40,723 bases of DNA from positions 1 to 40,723 of the forward strand of contig JABANN010000308.1 of assembly GCA_013115125.1 (NCBI GenBank), given 5' to 3'. This stretch comes from Perkinsus olseni. Its lineage: Eukaryota. The translations under genes were made by a program, and so were the position numbers. Below the pieces are notes generated by a model, which did no database searches, was not told the origin of the DNA, and saw nothing but the letters and a program-made list of their open reading frames with translations. Positions 20,104-31,788 of the stretch are shown piece by piece (within the stretch, counting starts at the first letter, position 1; each line of letters begins with the position of its first letter).

Positions 20104-21623
20104 ACTGTTAGAGTGGACTTGTAGAACTATTATGAGTATTGAGTGATACCTCAGCAACGGAGCATGATAGGCCTGTAGGCTTCAGCTCACTTTTCCGCTT
20201 CAAGCGTTCTGCGCACCTCTCCATAGAATAGATGACGAACAGGAAACTGCCGATTTATTGTCAAGAGCAGCTCTGCCATGCGTCGATGGGCTGCAGTCCC
20301 CGACAGTGATATGATAGCCGCTCACCAGCGGAGCGGTGTCCTCTGTTATCTCATCGTCATTGGTCTTCTCGACCTTTGACACAATTGTCACATTCACTTT
20401 TTTTTCGGATTCATCTTTCCACTCCGACCGAGTATCAACTTTTCTGTTCCGCGTCCGTTGGCTTGCGCTTCACGTGAGTAGGGAGATCATCACTGATGAG
20501 TCATTCGCCATATCGCAGGAGTCCCTATGTAGCCTTTCTGCTTCTACTTCTCTCACAATCTCCTATGGGACTCGGCAGCGGGTCCGCGGTGTCCAGCAAG
20601 CTATCCATCTTCGGAGCAACAGCTAATCTAGTTATGACGTCCATTGGTGTTGGTATACTTGGCCTTCCTCAAGTTATGGAACAAGCTGGTTGGGTAGGCG
20701 GTTATATCCTCTTAGCGATCGCAGCTCTTGCATCACTCTGGATGACGAGGCACTTGACTGATGCATGCATAAGATACTCCAAGAACGGGGAGTATCCATC
20801 ATACCAGCAGCTAGGGGAACTCACTTATGGTCGATGGGGCCGTGCAGCGGTTATTGTCAGTACCGATATCTTCATGCTGGGTCTTTGTGTTATCCTATTG
20901 GTACTATTTGCTGATAATACCATGCGAATGTGGCCTGTTATGAATCAGACTGATTGGGTCCTTGTGTACGCTGGCCTTATGGTGCCTTTCGTTTGTATCC
21001 GATCCATGAAGCTCATCAGTTGGCTATCGATGGTCGGGGTCGTCTCTGTTCTCGCTACTGTCATCGTTATTGTCATTGCAGGATTCTCTAGATTGGTTGA
21101 ATATATTGGGACGATTGATTACTCTCTATTTAGCTTCAACCAGCTGGGAAGTGCTATCGGTACCCTCATGACATCGTTCGGTCTGACTGCTATGATACCT
21201 TCGGTAATGAACAATATGGAGAAGCCTGACAAAGTTGGCACTTCACTCTATGGTGCTTTCGCTATTATATTCTCAGTTTATATTTGCCTCACTGTAGCGG
21301 GCTACGGCGGGTTTGGTAATTCTATTGCTCAGTATGGTGATATCGTCAGTGCTATATCTGGTACTACCACATCTACTCTCAATGATCAGGGTTATGCAAT
21401 AATAATATGCATCCTTATACTCTGTGCCTCCCATTTCCTGGCACTCTTCTGTCCAGTTGCCACTGACTGCGAGAAGCTTATTCCACCAAAGGCGCCCAAA
21501 ATCACAGCTTATGTCGTCCGGACCGCACTAGTTGGGATATGTGCCTTCTTCGCTACTGTTATACCCGGTGTAACCGATATGATATCCTTGCTTGGATCAG
21601 TGTGTGGTATGCCTAATGTAAGC
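19326..21623 (+). repeat. 465-nt near-identical direct repeat (19326-19790 and 21159-21623) inside the two transporter genes
   Basis: Aligned by eye without gaps; I count 5 substitutions. Confidence 0.92.
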
Positions 21624-21901
21624 ACTTCACTCGTGATAGGCTCGGCATTACTCTAGTCTCCGCTCAGGTCATGCTCCTACCTCTACTGTTCTATTGGAAG
21701 GCCTGCATCATTGACGTCGAAGGAGTACACGGCATCTATCGGGGGAGACCTTTCAAGTTCGCCGGAGAGCTCTTCATCATAGCTTTGTCGCTCTTCACCT
21801 TCGGATATGGACTGTGAGCTCTAATTGCCCTTTCATGTCGGTTCAGAGGCCCATTCTCCTCCAGATACGGTTCCATCTCGAGCATGATAAACTCACGGTA
21901 A
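20496..21901 (+). CDS. Amino-acid transporter (AAAP/Aa_trans family), copy 2
   Basis: Tandem paralogue with the same two intron positions; ANLVMTSIGVGILGLPQVMEQAGWVGG; ends GLYGSISSMINSR*. The start may instead be ATG 20565. Confidence 0.93.
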
Positions 21902-22147
21902 ACTCGTGAAAATATGTGATAAAGAGGCGTAGTGATGATAGCTGACGTTCTGCCATGTCGTGCTGAACTCAGTCGAAATCTCCCCGTGGAGGCCCTTACT
22001 CAGATAGGCTAGTAGCTCCAGTCAAAGGCGTTCTTGCTCGTTATGATTATTCATGAATGTCATCCAGTCCCCGCAGTCTCATATTTTCCTAGTCTACGAG
22101 GCATTGCCGTCGAATGCCGAGGCCCATAGGCTGACGTAGATCTGTTC

Positions 22148-24234
22148 TCATAGTGTTCCTTTCTCTGCTAACATCGTTAATGACTGGTGACCTACAATCG
22201 TAGGTCCTCTTTCTTGCTCTCCGGGACGGTGTCGATCGTGTGCGGCTGCCCCAAGAGCCTGTTTCTGCTCACCAGTATTATCCACCCACAGTTCCTGTCG
22301 AGTTACAAGTATACGAGAATTGTAATACATGCTGAAGAGAGGTTATGGTACACGAATGGCGGCCCGTCTCTCCGCCACGCCATCTCGCCAGTGTTCGTCC
22401 GAACATGCGGGACGCGGTCAAGTGATATGATATTGAGGAACTCTGCTGGACTGTACCTCCAAACACGCGTCATCTCCAGTACGAAGAGATTCCGCGATGT
22501 GTCGATTGGATGCTCCCGGTCCTGCTCACTCGAACTCGATGATGAATGAATCAGTTAGAAACCATTCCGAATTATTAATGATTGTATTCATGAAGGTGTT
22601 CTAGCCTCGGAAGCAGCAGCTTTCCTAGCGCTACTGCTGGGCTCCTTCACAAGTAAATTCTGATTCATACCGCCTGGTTGTTCCTACATAGTAGCAGACC
22701 CTTACCTGGAAGAAGCTCCTATTCGTCACTGGAGTTGACACTGTTGCTGTCTCCGGTGATGTTGTAGCATGGACTTGTGGAGGCATTCTCTCTGCCATGC
22801 GACTAAGGAATGCCTTCATACTGTCGACGGTAACGACAGGTTGAACCTGGGGCTGCTCACATTGTCGGAGATTCCAGGATGAACTACAGTACCCACCTGA
22901 TCTTTTCTAACATTCTCCTCGTCAGTGTCCGAGTCGAAGAAAGTCTCAATAGGACGAGCTGCAACACACGTCCTTATAACGTTGAGCTCTTAGAGGTTGC
23001 AAATTACAGAGGAACTCGGAATCCTCAGGGCTGACGGTGTGACGGAACGTATCAGGCCCGCCGTCTTCTCCAGGGGACAAGCAAAGTAGCGCCCTCTCGG
23101 CATCATTTCTGCGGCTATTTGGTAGTGTCCTCCCGTACAGTTGTGCGACAAGGTGTTCATAACTGGGATAACCTTACCACACCCAGCACGACAGAGGATG
23201 GAGATTCCCACAATATCCGGCCGTTCCGAGCGGTGATCCCTGCGGTTACAGCATCACACTCGCGTAGGCTCGAGAACTCCGAAGCATCAGTGGCGCTGAT
23301 GCGGGCCGGCAGTAAACAGCAGCAGATGACGCGTTCGGTGTACATTAGGGTCGCGCCGTATTGGCTGGCACGATGTCTGAGATGTACGAGTACCGGACGC
23401 CACTTCAACGGGTCGATCTTCCCCAATGCATCACAGCGCGTTAGCACCTGCCGAAGATCTATGTCAAGGCCACAGTTAGCGACCGTGCCGAGGGTACAAC
23501 TATGAGGGGGAATCCTCGATTGCAAAGCCACTCCAAATCTTCGGATGCTCCTGGAACCTCCGAGGCACCTACGAACTACTGCCGCAAAGCTTGACCAGCA
23601 GTGCCCACCCTGTCTTGCTCTAAGTATCGTCTGAGCGACCTTCGAATATAATACTTCTTGGGTCGCCATGTCCATAGTGTCGAGTATCGGAGCGTGTATC
23701 CTGAGCGACGGAGCAGGCAGGAGTCCACGAGGTAGCGGGACCGTGGACTAAAGCATCGAGGCAAGCACGAGGTAGCCCATCGTGAGACGAAGTGCAATGA
23801 ACTGCTACTGTGCTATGGTCTCAAGATGGGACTCGAAGTTGGGTATAACACGCTCGGGGTGCATCATGTCAAGGCATACAACAGCTGCAAATCTGGAATG
23901 GGCTATGAAGCTTTCAAGAGATTGTCTGCTGATGAGCTGATGATGTTGAGGATGCTCACAGTAGAACAAGGATAGGGTTCCTGACCAACTGACAGTCGGT
24001 GAGTATACACCTACTGGAGCGCCTCTCACCAAGCTCTACACAGACGTTATTATTCTCATCACCCAGCACCACCGCCGGCATGTAGCCGAAATCTATCGGA
24101 GCCATCCGGGGCACACCCTTCGCAATAGCCGCTTGAGCCGCCATGGAGGCCGCTAGTAGTGACTCGTCGTTTTTCGAAACGACTAAGTATGAATGACAAA
24201 GTTCCATCGTTGGCCGACGATGAACCAATACCAT
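22148..24234 (-). CDS. Hypothetical multi-exon protein with a possible TRAF-type Zn finger; boundaries uncertain
   Basis: A series of minus-strand exon-like ORFs flanked by GT/AG; includes the motif ILCRAGCGKVIPVMNTLSHNC. The full model was not resolved. Confidence 0.4.
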
Positions 24235-24299
24235 TGGTCGAAGCGGCCCTGTTCTTCACATCGTTATTCCCTTGGCATCCTGTAGAGACCCTACTCATA

Positions 24300-25380
24300 C
24301 TGCTACCCGGATTCTTCGGCGCTCGGGAGGGGTTGCCTATGAATGGCACCTCACACGTTTAGAATAAGGGAGGGCTCCTGTCACCATGGTGGAAGACGGG
24401 GTTCCTGATACGATTAAGCTGACGTTCAAGATCGGAGGCGATCGACTTCAAGAGAGTTCGTTTGCCACACCCAGGCACACCCATGATGAGAACCTGAAGA
24501 TCGTGTTGATTTGGTATGGATGATATGGTGAGTAGGTGGTAGTGACCGCTGCATTGTCTCTGCTGAATCCTTCTCCTGTATCGTTAGACGTCTGTGAGGA
24601 GAGGAACTGTTGCCATTTGCTGCTCTTCTCTGCCGCTCCCTCCGCCGCCGATGATGATGAGTGAACAGTGGCGACCATAAGCGAGGAGACTGTGACTGCG
24701 ACGGAGGCTTCGGATAACCTGCTGCCGTCGGGTGTGAACGTGATGGCACAGATACTGATAGTCGGAACGCAACAAGAAAGTGGCCGTAACGAGTTAGTAA
24801 AATTTGAGCATCATGCGCACAACGAGCCTAGTGGCCCTGACTGATGCTATGATTTGGTGAAGTTCTCAGACCCGGGGCAAGAACGGGAACATCCAACGAT
24901 CGGAGTATTCTGATCGACTCTCGGCATTGCCTGGACCATCTGAGTCGAGGAGGAGGAGAAGGAGTTTCTGCATCGATAGGGTACTCCCTCAGGGCACCAC
25001 CTAATCTTGGCTATCCTTTCTTCATTACGACCAACGGCAGTGGCCGATCTCCTTCTGCCGTTACGGTCAGCCTCACTGTCTTCCTGCACAGAGTCGATCT
25101 TATCTAACTTCAGTCGCCGCTCTACTCGGGATGCAATGCCTGAGAATGGGAGATCCAATGGTGAACGGTAGATGCAAATCCTTCTACTGTAGTGTGGGGG
25201 CAGCTGCCTCAGAGACCGTGACGAAGATGCACCCATGCTTCTGCTGCTGCTGCTGCTGCTGCCGGCATTGGTGCCCCTCTTGTCGCTAATAGTGTACGTA
25301 GGAGGACTCAACATGCACAGTCGTCCAGGGGTCGTATCCAGTGATGACGATGATGATCCACGAGAGGACGAAGATGGCAT
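24300..25380 (-). CDS. Hypothetical low-complexity Ser/Arg-rich protein, multi-exon; may join the downstream model
   Basis: 177-aa ORF 24847-25380 plus further minus-strand exon-like segments; no recognisable domain. Confidence 0.35.
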
Positions 25381-25905
25381 TAGTGATGTTACAGTTCTTG
25401 TACTGGTAATAGAAGAGAGTGATAGACTCGTAGCTGTACAAGGGAATTCGAGCTACAGAGGCATTAACAACAGAACTACTGATTGATCATATACTCTGCA
25501 CTTACACACATTCTCTGCCATGGACGGGAGACAATACCGAGTGGGGTATTCTTCTTCTTCTGTTGTTTTTCTAGTCACCACTTAAACTAGTAACTTCGCA
25601 TACTACATCTATAAGGACTCCTGCCATTGCATCATCATCATCATCATCACCATGACGACAAGAGAATGGAGAGGAGGAGGAGAGGGACAGTGCAAATGTA
25701 TAGATTCAGTCGATATTCATCGATGAGGGAGGGGCTGCTGCTGCTGCTACTCATGCTACTAGACTAGTAGGTTGATGATGTGCTGCTGCAGCCGTTATAC
25801 GAGAAAAAAAGGGAAGAGAAAAAGGATTCATCGGAAGTGAAAGTCAGTAACGTGAGGGTAGACTTCTCTGCAACAGCAGAGGTCACCACGCCGTACGAAA
25901 AATCT

Positions 25906-26801
25906 TTAGCATCTTCGAGCAGTCTTATGTGAGGGGGCTGCTGCCTCCTTTCGGGTACGGCAGCTGCGGACACGTTTCTGCCTCGAAGGGAGCTGTGGAC
26001 GAAGTATTCCATCAAGAGCAGTCTGCGCGTCTATAGTATCATCTTCAAGGCTGGTGAGGAAACGTTCATAGCGGAGATCTTGCACATGTAGTTGACGCTG
26101 CAACGCTGCCGCCTTAGTACTCCTCTCTGATCTCAATAATCCCTCATTATACCGCACAACCCAGTCTCTGCGATCCATCGGTACAGCGATACCACATCCT
26201 GCGGAATCAGCAGTATCGCTGCCATCCGCCGGTTGCTCCTGACTTGCCGCGTCAGGCACGGTGGATTCTCTGTCCGTAGCCTTGCTCGTGTTACCGGTTC
26301 CGCGTCGTCTGTACCTAGTCGAGGACCATGAGTAGCTGCTAATGCGAGTAGAAGTACTCACATATAAGAGCCTGAACTACCCGGGAATTGAGAAAAAAGT
26401 TCAATCTTGTTAGTAGACCACAGCTGAATACCCCGTACCATCTCATTCTGTATTGACTGTAGAATACTCAAATCCATCTGTCGCCTTGTGACGCCTCTCA
26501 CTAACGGTACGATCGCTCCTGTGGTGGGCCGTGTCGATGGCGATGCGGTAGGCCTCGATTGAGGGGCGCCTTTCGAGGCACCATCAGGCTCTGTAATTAA
26601 TGAGAGCTGGGGATGTTCCGTGGTGGAGGGTATCACATTGTCTCCTAATGATGATGCGGAGACAGATTGACTGCAGGTGTTCGATTGAGTAGACCCGGGA
26701 GATGCTGCTGGTCGAAGGCGAACTATTAACCCTGCGTTGATGTCTACCCCTGCTTTCACGTACGGTGGTTTGGGAGGCTGCACGAAGGCGTTGGCTGCCA
26801 T
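25906..26801 (-). CDS. Hypothetical protein, multi-exon
   Basis: Adjacent ORFs 26358-26804 and 25906-26361 can be joined by short introns. Helical segment DRRDWVVRYNEGLLRSERSTKAAALQRQL; no family recognised. Confidence 0.5.
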
Positions 26802-26910
26802 CAAAGCGACAAGGCTCGAAAGCCTGCATGGAATCGTTCGTGCAACGCAATACTAGAATCAGACTGAGGAAACCACGATCGGTGGAGCTCCTGCATGTTG
26901 TGGTATGCGC

Positions 26911-28085
26911 TCACAGATCCTCATGTAATGTCTCCGTCATGGCAGACATGTCACGGGGCTGCTTTCCTAACCACAGCTGGGTCAGTCCCCCGTTATGGGG
27001 CCCACGGTCTCACTGGGACGGCGTCTATGCATGTTACACTTGCCAACATCTCGGCATACCGCTCGTATCGTAGGACCCAACCTGAAGGTAACTTGGCAAT
27101 CTTCATACAGGCAGCAGAGACGTGCACCGCCACTGTCGTACTCAACATGACCGGTACGTTGCTGCTGGTGGTGGTGGTGGTTGTGGTTAGCTAGGTATTC
27201 CGCTATATCATCTCCATAACGCCCTATTGTAGCCTCGCAAGCGTAGTATAAGGCGTCGTAGTCGCGGTTATACCTGAGTACCCACACTACTATGATGACC
27301 ACCATGCGAAGAGGAAGGAGACCCCGTCTGCAGCACACGCTACACCTCCATCTGGGCTTCTGTCTTAGGTGTGCCTTTTTTGAGGCAGATGTCCGTAACA
27401 TCCTCATTTCCGTTACCCTGTACTTTATCCTCGCAAGGTCCTGCATGGAAGCCTGGAGGGCACAACGGTGAGAGAGATTGCCGCGCATGGGTGTGACCTC
27501 TCGCCAAGAGGGAATCTTTGAAGTGTTTGTTGCATCCAGTTCTGCTAAGATTGATTCTATTAACTTGTGGATCGGTGCTCTTCTTCAAAGTATCCTCGTC
27601 TATGGGGCCTACTACAAACTTCATCCAGCTTAGATGTCCAGTTACCAGCATCAGTCATCGGCGGCGATGATAGTACTCTCTAAAACGTCCAGTATATCAT
27701 CAATATGAGCTAAGCTTTGAGCCTTGGGTAGGAGCTCTTTGAGGATCTCCTCACATACGTCACATCTAACCTGCGCTACAACCAAGGCCATTGATTCAGG
27801 TGGTTGATTTTACGACCTTATTGGCAATGGTAAGACTATGGGATCTATCATCGTCAGTCGGTGGGCGTATGAATACTGATCTGTATCTCGAATACTCTCC
27901 TGATGTTCCCGATACCTGCTCAATCATATGCTTACTACCATCGACCACCACTATTCCTGCTGGCACCGACGACGACGCAGAACACCTACCTGCTTGCCCG
28001 GGCCCATTCCAGAGGCATACTCAAGCGTCGATTGACTCATCGCTAGGCTCGAGAGTATGATACTCAATACCACATTGTAGACCAT
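26911..28085 (-). CDS. Canopy/saposin-B-like (DUF3456-type) ER-lumenal protein, multi-exon
   Basis: Signal peptide MVYNVVLSIILSSLAMS; VRCDVCEEILKEL; GCNKHF; ALYYACEATIGRYGDDIAEYL; RAVCRDVGKC; last exon ends TETLHEDL*. Confidence 0.68.
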
Positions 28086-29761
28086 GCTACGGGCTATCTT
28101 AACTCCTTCAGTGGGTAACTGCTCACAGCAGCTCACAGACTGGGTATCGACCTTCGCTACAGCGAGGTCTATGGTATGGTCCTAATATCTCAAGGAGTGA
28201 GAGTGTTAATAAGCTAATTGAAGCAAACACAACCGAGTAGCTGTAGAAGATACAGAAGATATGGACAGGAGGAGACTGATGGACGGGATGGAGATCTCCA
28301 TAGGAGGGGATGATGATGATGATGATGCACCGTCAACATACACGAATTATACTTCACCATCGTCACACCATCGTCATAACAATACGCCAGGCAAACGATC
28401 ATCATCATCTACCTATCGAGGCGGGTCCATCCAGAGACAGGTAGAACCACAATATAGAGGCTCCTAGAGTATCACTTCGAGAACCGAGGGACCTCTAAAC
28501 TTGCCATGAATGTTGTGGTGAGAGCGACAGCAGCAATGGTAAAAGTGTAGGGATTACTGGTAGGGAAGGTAGTGATAGCAGCAGATACAGCGGTAGTGTT
28601 GGTAGTAGTGATACAGTGAGAATAGAGAGAAGGTTCACGACACATTCACCGCGAACGAAAAGATTACATCGCCGTTCGTGACAGCGTCATCATTACGACG
28701 CGTGTCGTAGGCTCGACATAGAAGTAGTAACATAACGATGGAGAGCCGTACGATACTCGACGCGAGACGAGCATTTTACGGTATATGACCAATCGTAGTA
28801 GGAAAGGGTAGTATGAGGATAGTGTTTCGACATGTTATTAGCCACCATCACAAGCAGTATCCTGTATCATCCAGTCGTGTTAACTTAATAGCCTCGATGA
28901 TGGAGGGCTATAAAAATTATAAATATTCCGCGCAATACATGAGGATTGTGGGCATAGCCCACTAGATGTATCCAACTATTTCAAGCATACCCGTACCAGC
29001 AGCTAGGTCATTGTAAGCTGACAGATGGTACGGGCCACTGCTATTACTATTGCTACTGGTGGTGATGATGATGAATAGAGGAGCCTAGCTTCCTCAAGTG
29101 ATATTCAAATCATACAACAATCTTGACCACTCTTATTGCTGCTACTACTACGTATTACTACTGATCTACTGCTGCTGCTGCGTTGTTGCCCCAGCTAGGG
29201 TAGCATGGCTGGACACCTTTGAGGGCACTACTAGCCAGCACCCTTACCAAATATACCAACAACAGGTAAACATCGGACAACGAACTACCAGGCCACAAAG
29301 AGGAAGCATGGGCCAGGGGTAATGCAAGTAACAGCGATAGTCACAATAAGAGCAGTACTATAGATATATCCTTAACAGAGAATAGTCACATACGATGAAC
29401 AACAATACTACGGGAATGGACGATCATCATCATGAGGAGAAGGTGGAAGGCTCCAATACACCTCTAGGCCAGCAGCAAAGGCAAGAGGGATGTCGACCAT
29501 CATCAGCATCATGGAGAATTCCTAGTAAACTACTGTAAACTACTATCAACTACTACGTTTCAACTACTAAGGCCCTAACGATGATATTACTACTCATGCC
29601 GAAGCAAGCACCAATACAAACGGTAGTAGACTATTCCGGTAGGGGGAAAACCAGCCTCGTAATACAAATACCTCGTTCCTTCACACATTATACCGCAACG
29701 ACCACTGATGGTCGTCAGTCTTATAACATTAATACGAGGATGATAAATGGACGAATGCAAC

Positions 29762-30281
29762 CTAGAAGATGCTTCGCAAACTGAAGCATCCCCGATGGCT
29801 CTTGCCATGAGGGAACTGTTCTTCGGAATTATATGCCTGAAAGCAGCCAGACTGAACCGAGCATAGCAGTGGTTGTTGTACTACCTTCCAACTCTCTACT
29901 ATAAAAACGTTTTCCAAAGGCTCACTATCACCCTCCACTTCATCAGCGAAGGATATAGAGTGAGACTTGGAACCATAGTGTATGAAGTTACCTATCATAA
30001 TGAACATCATCAACCGGTCTACGGAGACTCAGTTACACTGATGGGATATCCATTAACAGTACGCCAATGATGAAGGGCGCTACAGTGGCCACCAAGAGCC
30101 ATGCTGCCCACTATCGCGTATGCCTACTACCTCTCCTGTCAATCCTAATGTTATCCGTCGAGTCGCCCGCACGGCGCAATATCCCATCGGTGGATGTTGA
30201 AAAGGATGATACTGTGGATTCCGTGGGCGACTTAGGGCTCTGAGGAACACTAGTTCCATACCACTGTACCAAGCTCATCAT
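29762..30281 (-). CDS. Small protein with an RVxF-like motif (candidate PP1 regulator), multi-exon
   Basis: Spliced ...RTVNGYPISNFIHYGSKSHSISFADEVEGDSEPLENVFIVESWKAYNSEEQ...GCFSLRSIF*. The first-exon junction is uncertain. Confidence 0.6.
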
Positions 30282-31079
30282 CAATTGTGTCGACTCACGC
30301 CCAAGGCATCCCTCCTTCTGGGCCACGTTGGGGTTGGATTATCATCGAGTTTGCATGATGGTGAGGGTTTACGACGGAAGTTGAAGAGCATTCAGGGTGT
30401 GTTTGACTAATCAACTGGATAGCATGACAATAGTAGGGCAGCATCGAGGATGCAGACTAATAAGATACCACCCCTCCACGATCACCAAGTAATCTTCGTA
30501 ACCATATCATTGTTCAAGCTATCTAGCTAGCGTAGACCAAACCACCGCTATGCTGCTACGCTTACCGTGTAGTGTGCTTTGTAAGCGATCACCGAGACAG
30601 AGCCTTCTACAAAGACGTTGAATCCCCGGTAGATCAACGCTGCTGTTATTGATAGCTCGATTTAAGGAAGGAGTACGACCTATTCGTGTGCGACGAGTCA
30701 ATGACCGCGCGCCACGAAATTCGAACGGGAGACGTGCGGCTCGAGAACTCTTCAATGGCGCCGTCGATGGTACTCAAGCGAGTAGTTCGGATCCCAGAAT
30801 CGATTCTGCAAGGTATTTCGTGTGTAATTATCAAGGATCGATGCAAAGTTAGATCAGATCAAGTTACTCGGCCAAGCGGCTGGTCCAAAGATGATGCACA
30901 GGCAAAAAAGCGGCGGTATCACCGCGGATCATTGGGTATTAATCGACCCCTCTAAGGATCTTTAGGTCGGATGCAACCATTTTGGTAGACAGAAGACTCA
31001 TTATGCGCTCGACAGGAAGGATAATAAGCAGCGTAATTAGCTGGGAGAGCAGGATGACGTTGTGGAAGGTTGATAGAGC

Positions 31080-31690
31080 ATGCAGCATCACCATAGTTGT
31101 TCTTGTACTATGGCTAGAGAGCATCATCATCACCATCCCCACCCACCATGTGGCGACCTTCCTGGATTAGAGTGGTCCGAAGCTCACCAACGATACTTCC
31201 CCAGTAGGAGCCACCCGTTGTGTTATGACCGATGCCATAACATTCTCTTAGTCGGCCACGTTCCATCGCGAAGGAGAGAATGTACACGGGAAGAGGAGCA
31301 CAGCTCAAGCGCGTCAGCATCATCATCCATGTCGAGGGATGGTGATACTAGAGCGATAATAGCAAGCCATCCAGTAGACCCTAGAGTCCTCAATGCACTA
31401 GACTCTATTACGCTAGGCAATGGTCATGAACCTACTGAGTGCAGCATATGTGTACAACGGATAGGGAGGGATGATAAGTAGTAGCATATATCATCTGTCA
31501 TGATGCGTCAGAGTTAATCGTCAGATGCCTTGAGCTACCTACATGTGGTCACATCTACCATTGGGATTGTATAATGAACTGGCTGAAAATAAGAGGTCAT
31601 TGCCCAGTATGTAGAGCAGTGGTTGATGAGTCCTTTGCTATAGCAGCGGAGAGTGCGGCTGCTGCTGCTGCCTCGTCACCGGTGAGATAG
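31080..31690 (+). CDS. RING-H2 zinc-finger protein (putative E3 ubiquitin ligase)
   Basis: CSICVQRIGRDDK joined across an intron to CLELPTCGHIYHWDCIMNWLKIRGHCPVCR gives a complete C3H2C3 RING; TAG at 31688-31690. The start is uncertain. Confidence 0.88.
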
Positions 31691-31788
31691 CCAACAATAA
31701 CGTTTCTAATAGCCACTTGAGTGGTGTTGTACAGTGATCAGGGCGATAACTATTAGAAGTACCAGTTTTATTGTTGAAGTTATTTCAA

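Noticed and set aside
28460-28510. In-frame TGA as selenocysteine (MASLEVPRFSK*YSRSL)
   Set aside because: No redox motif or recognisable SECIS; an intron explains the TGA more simply.
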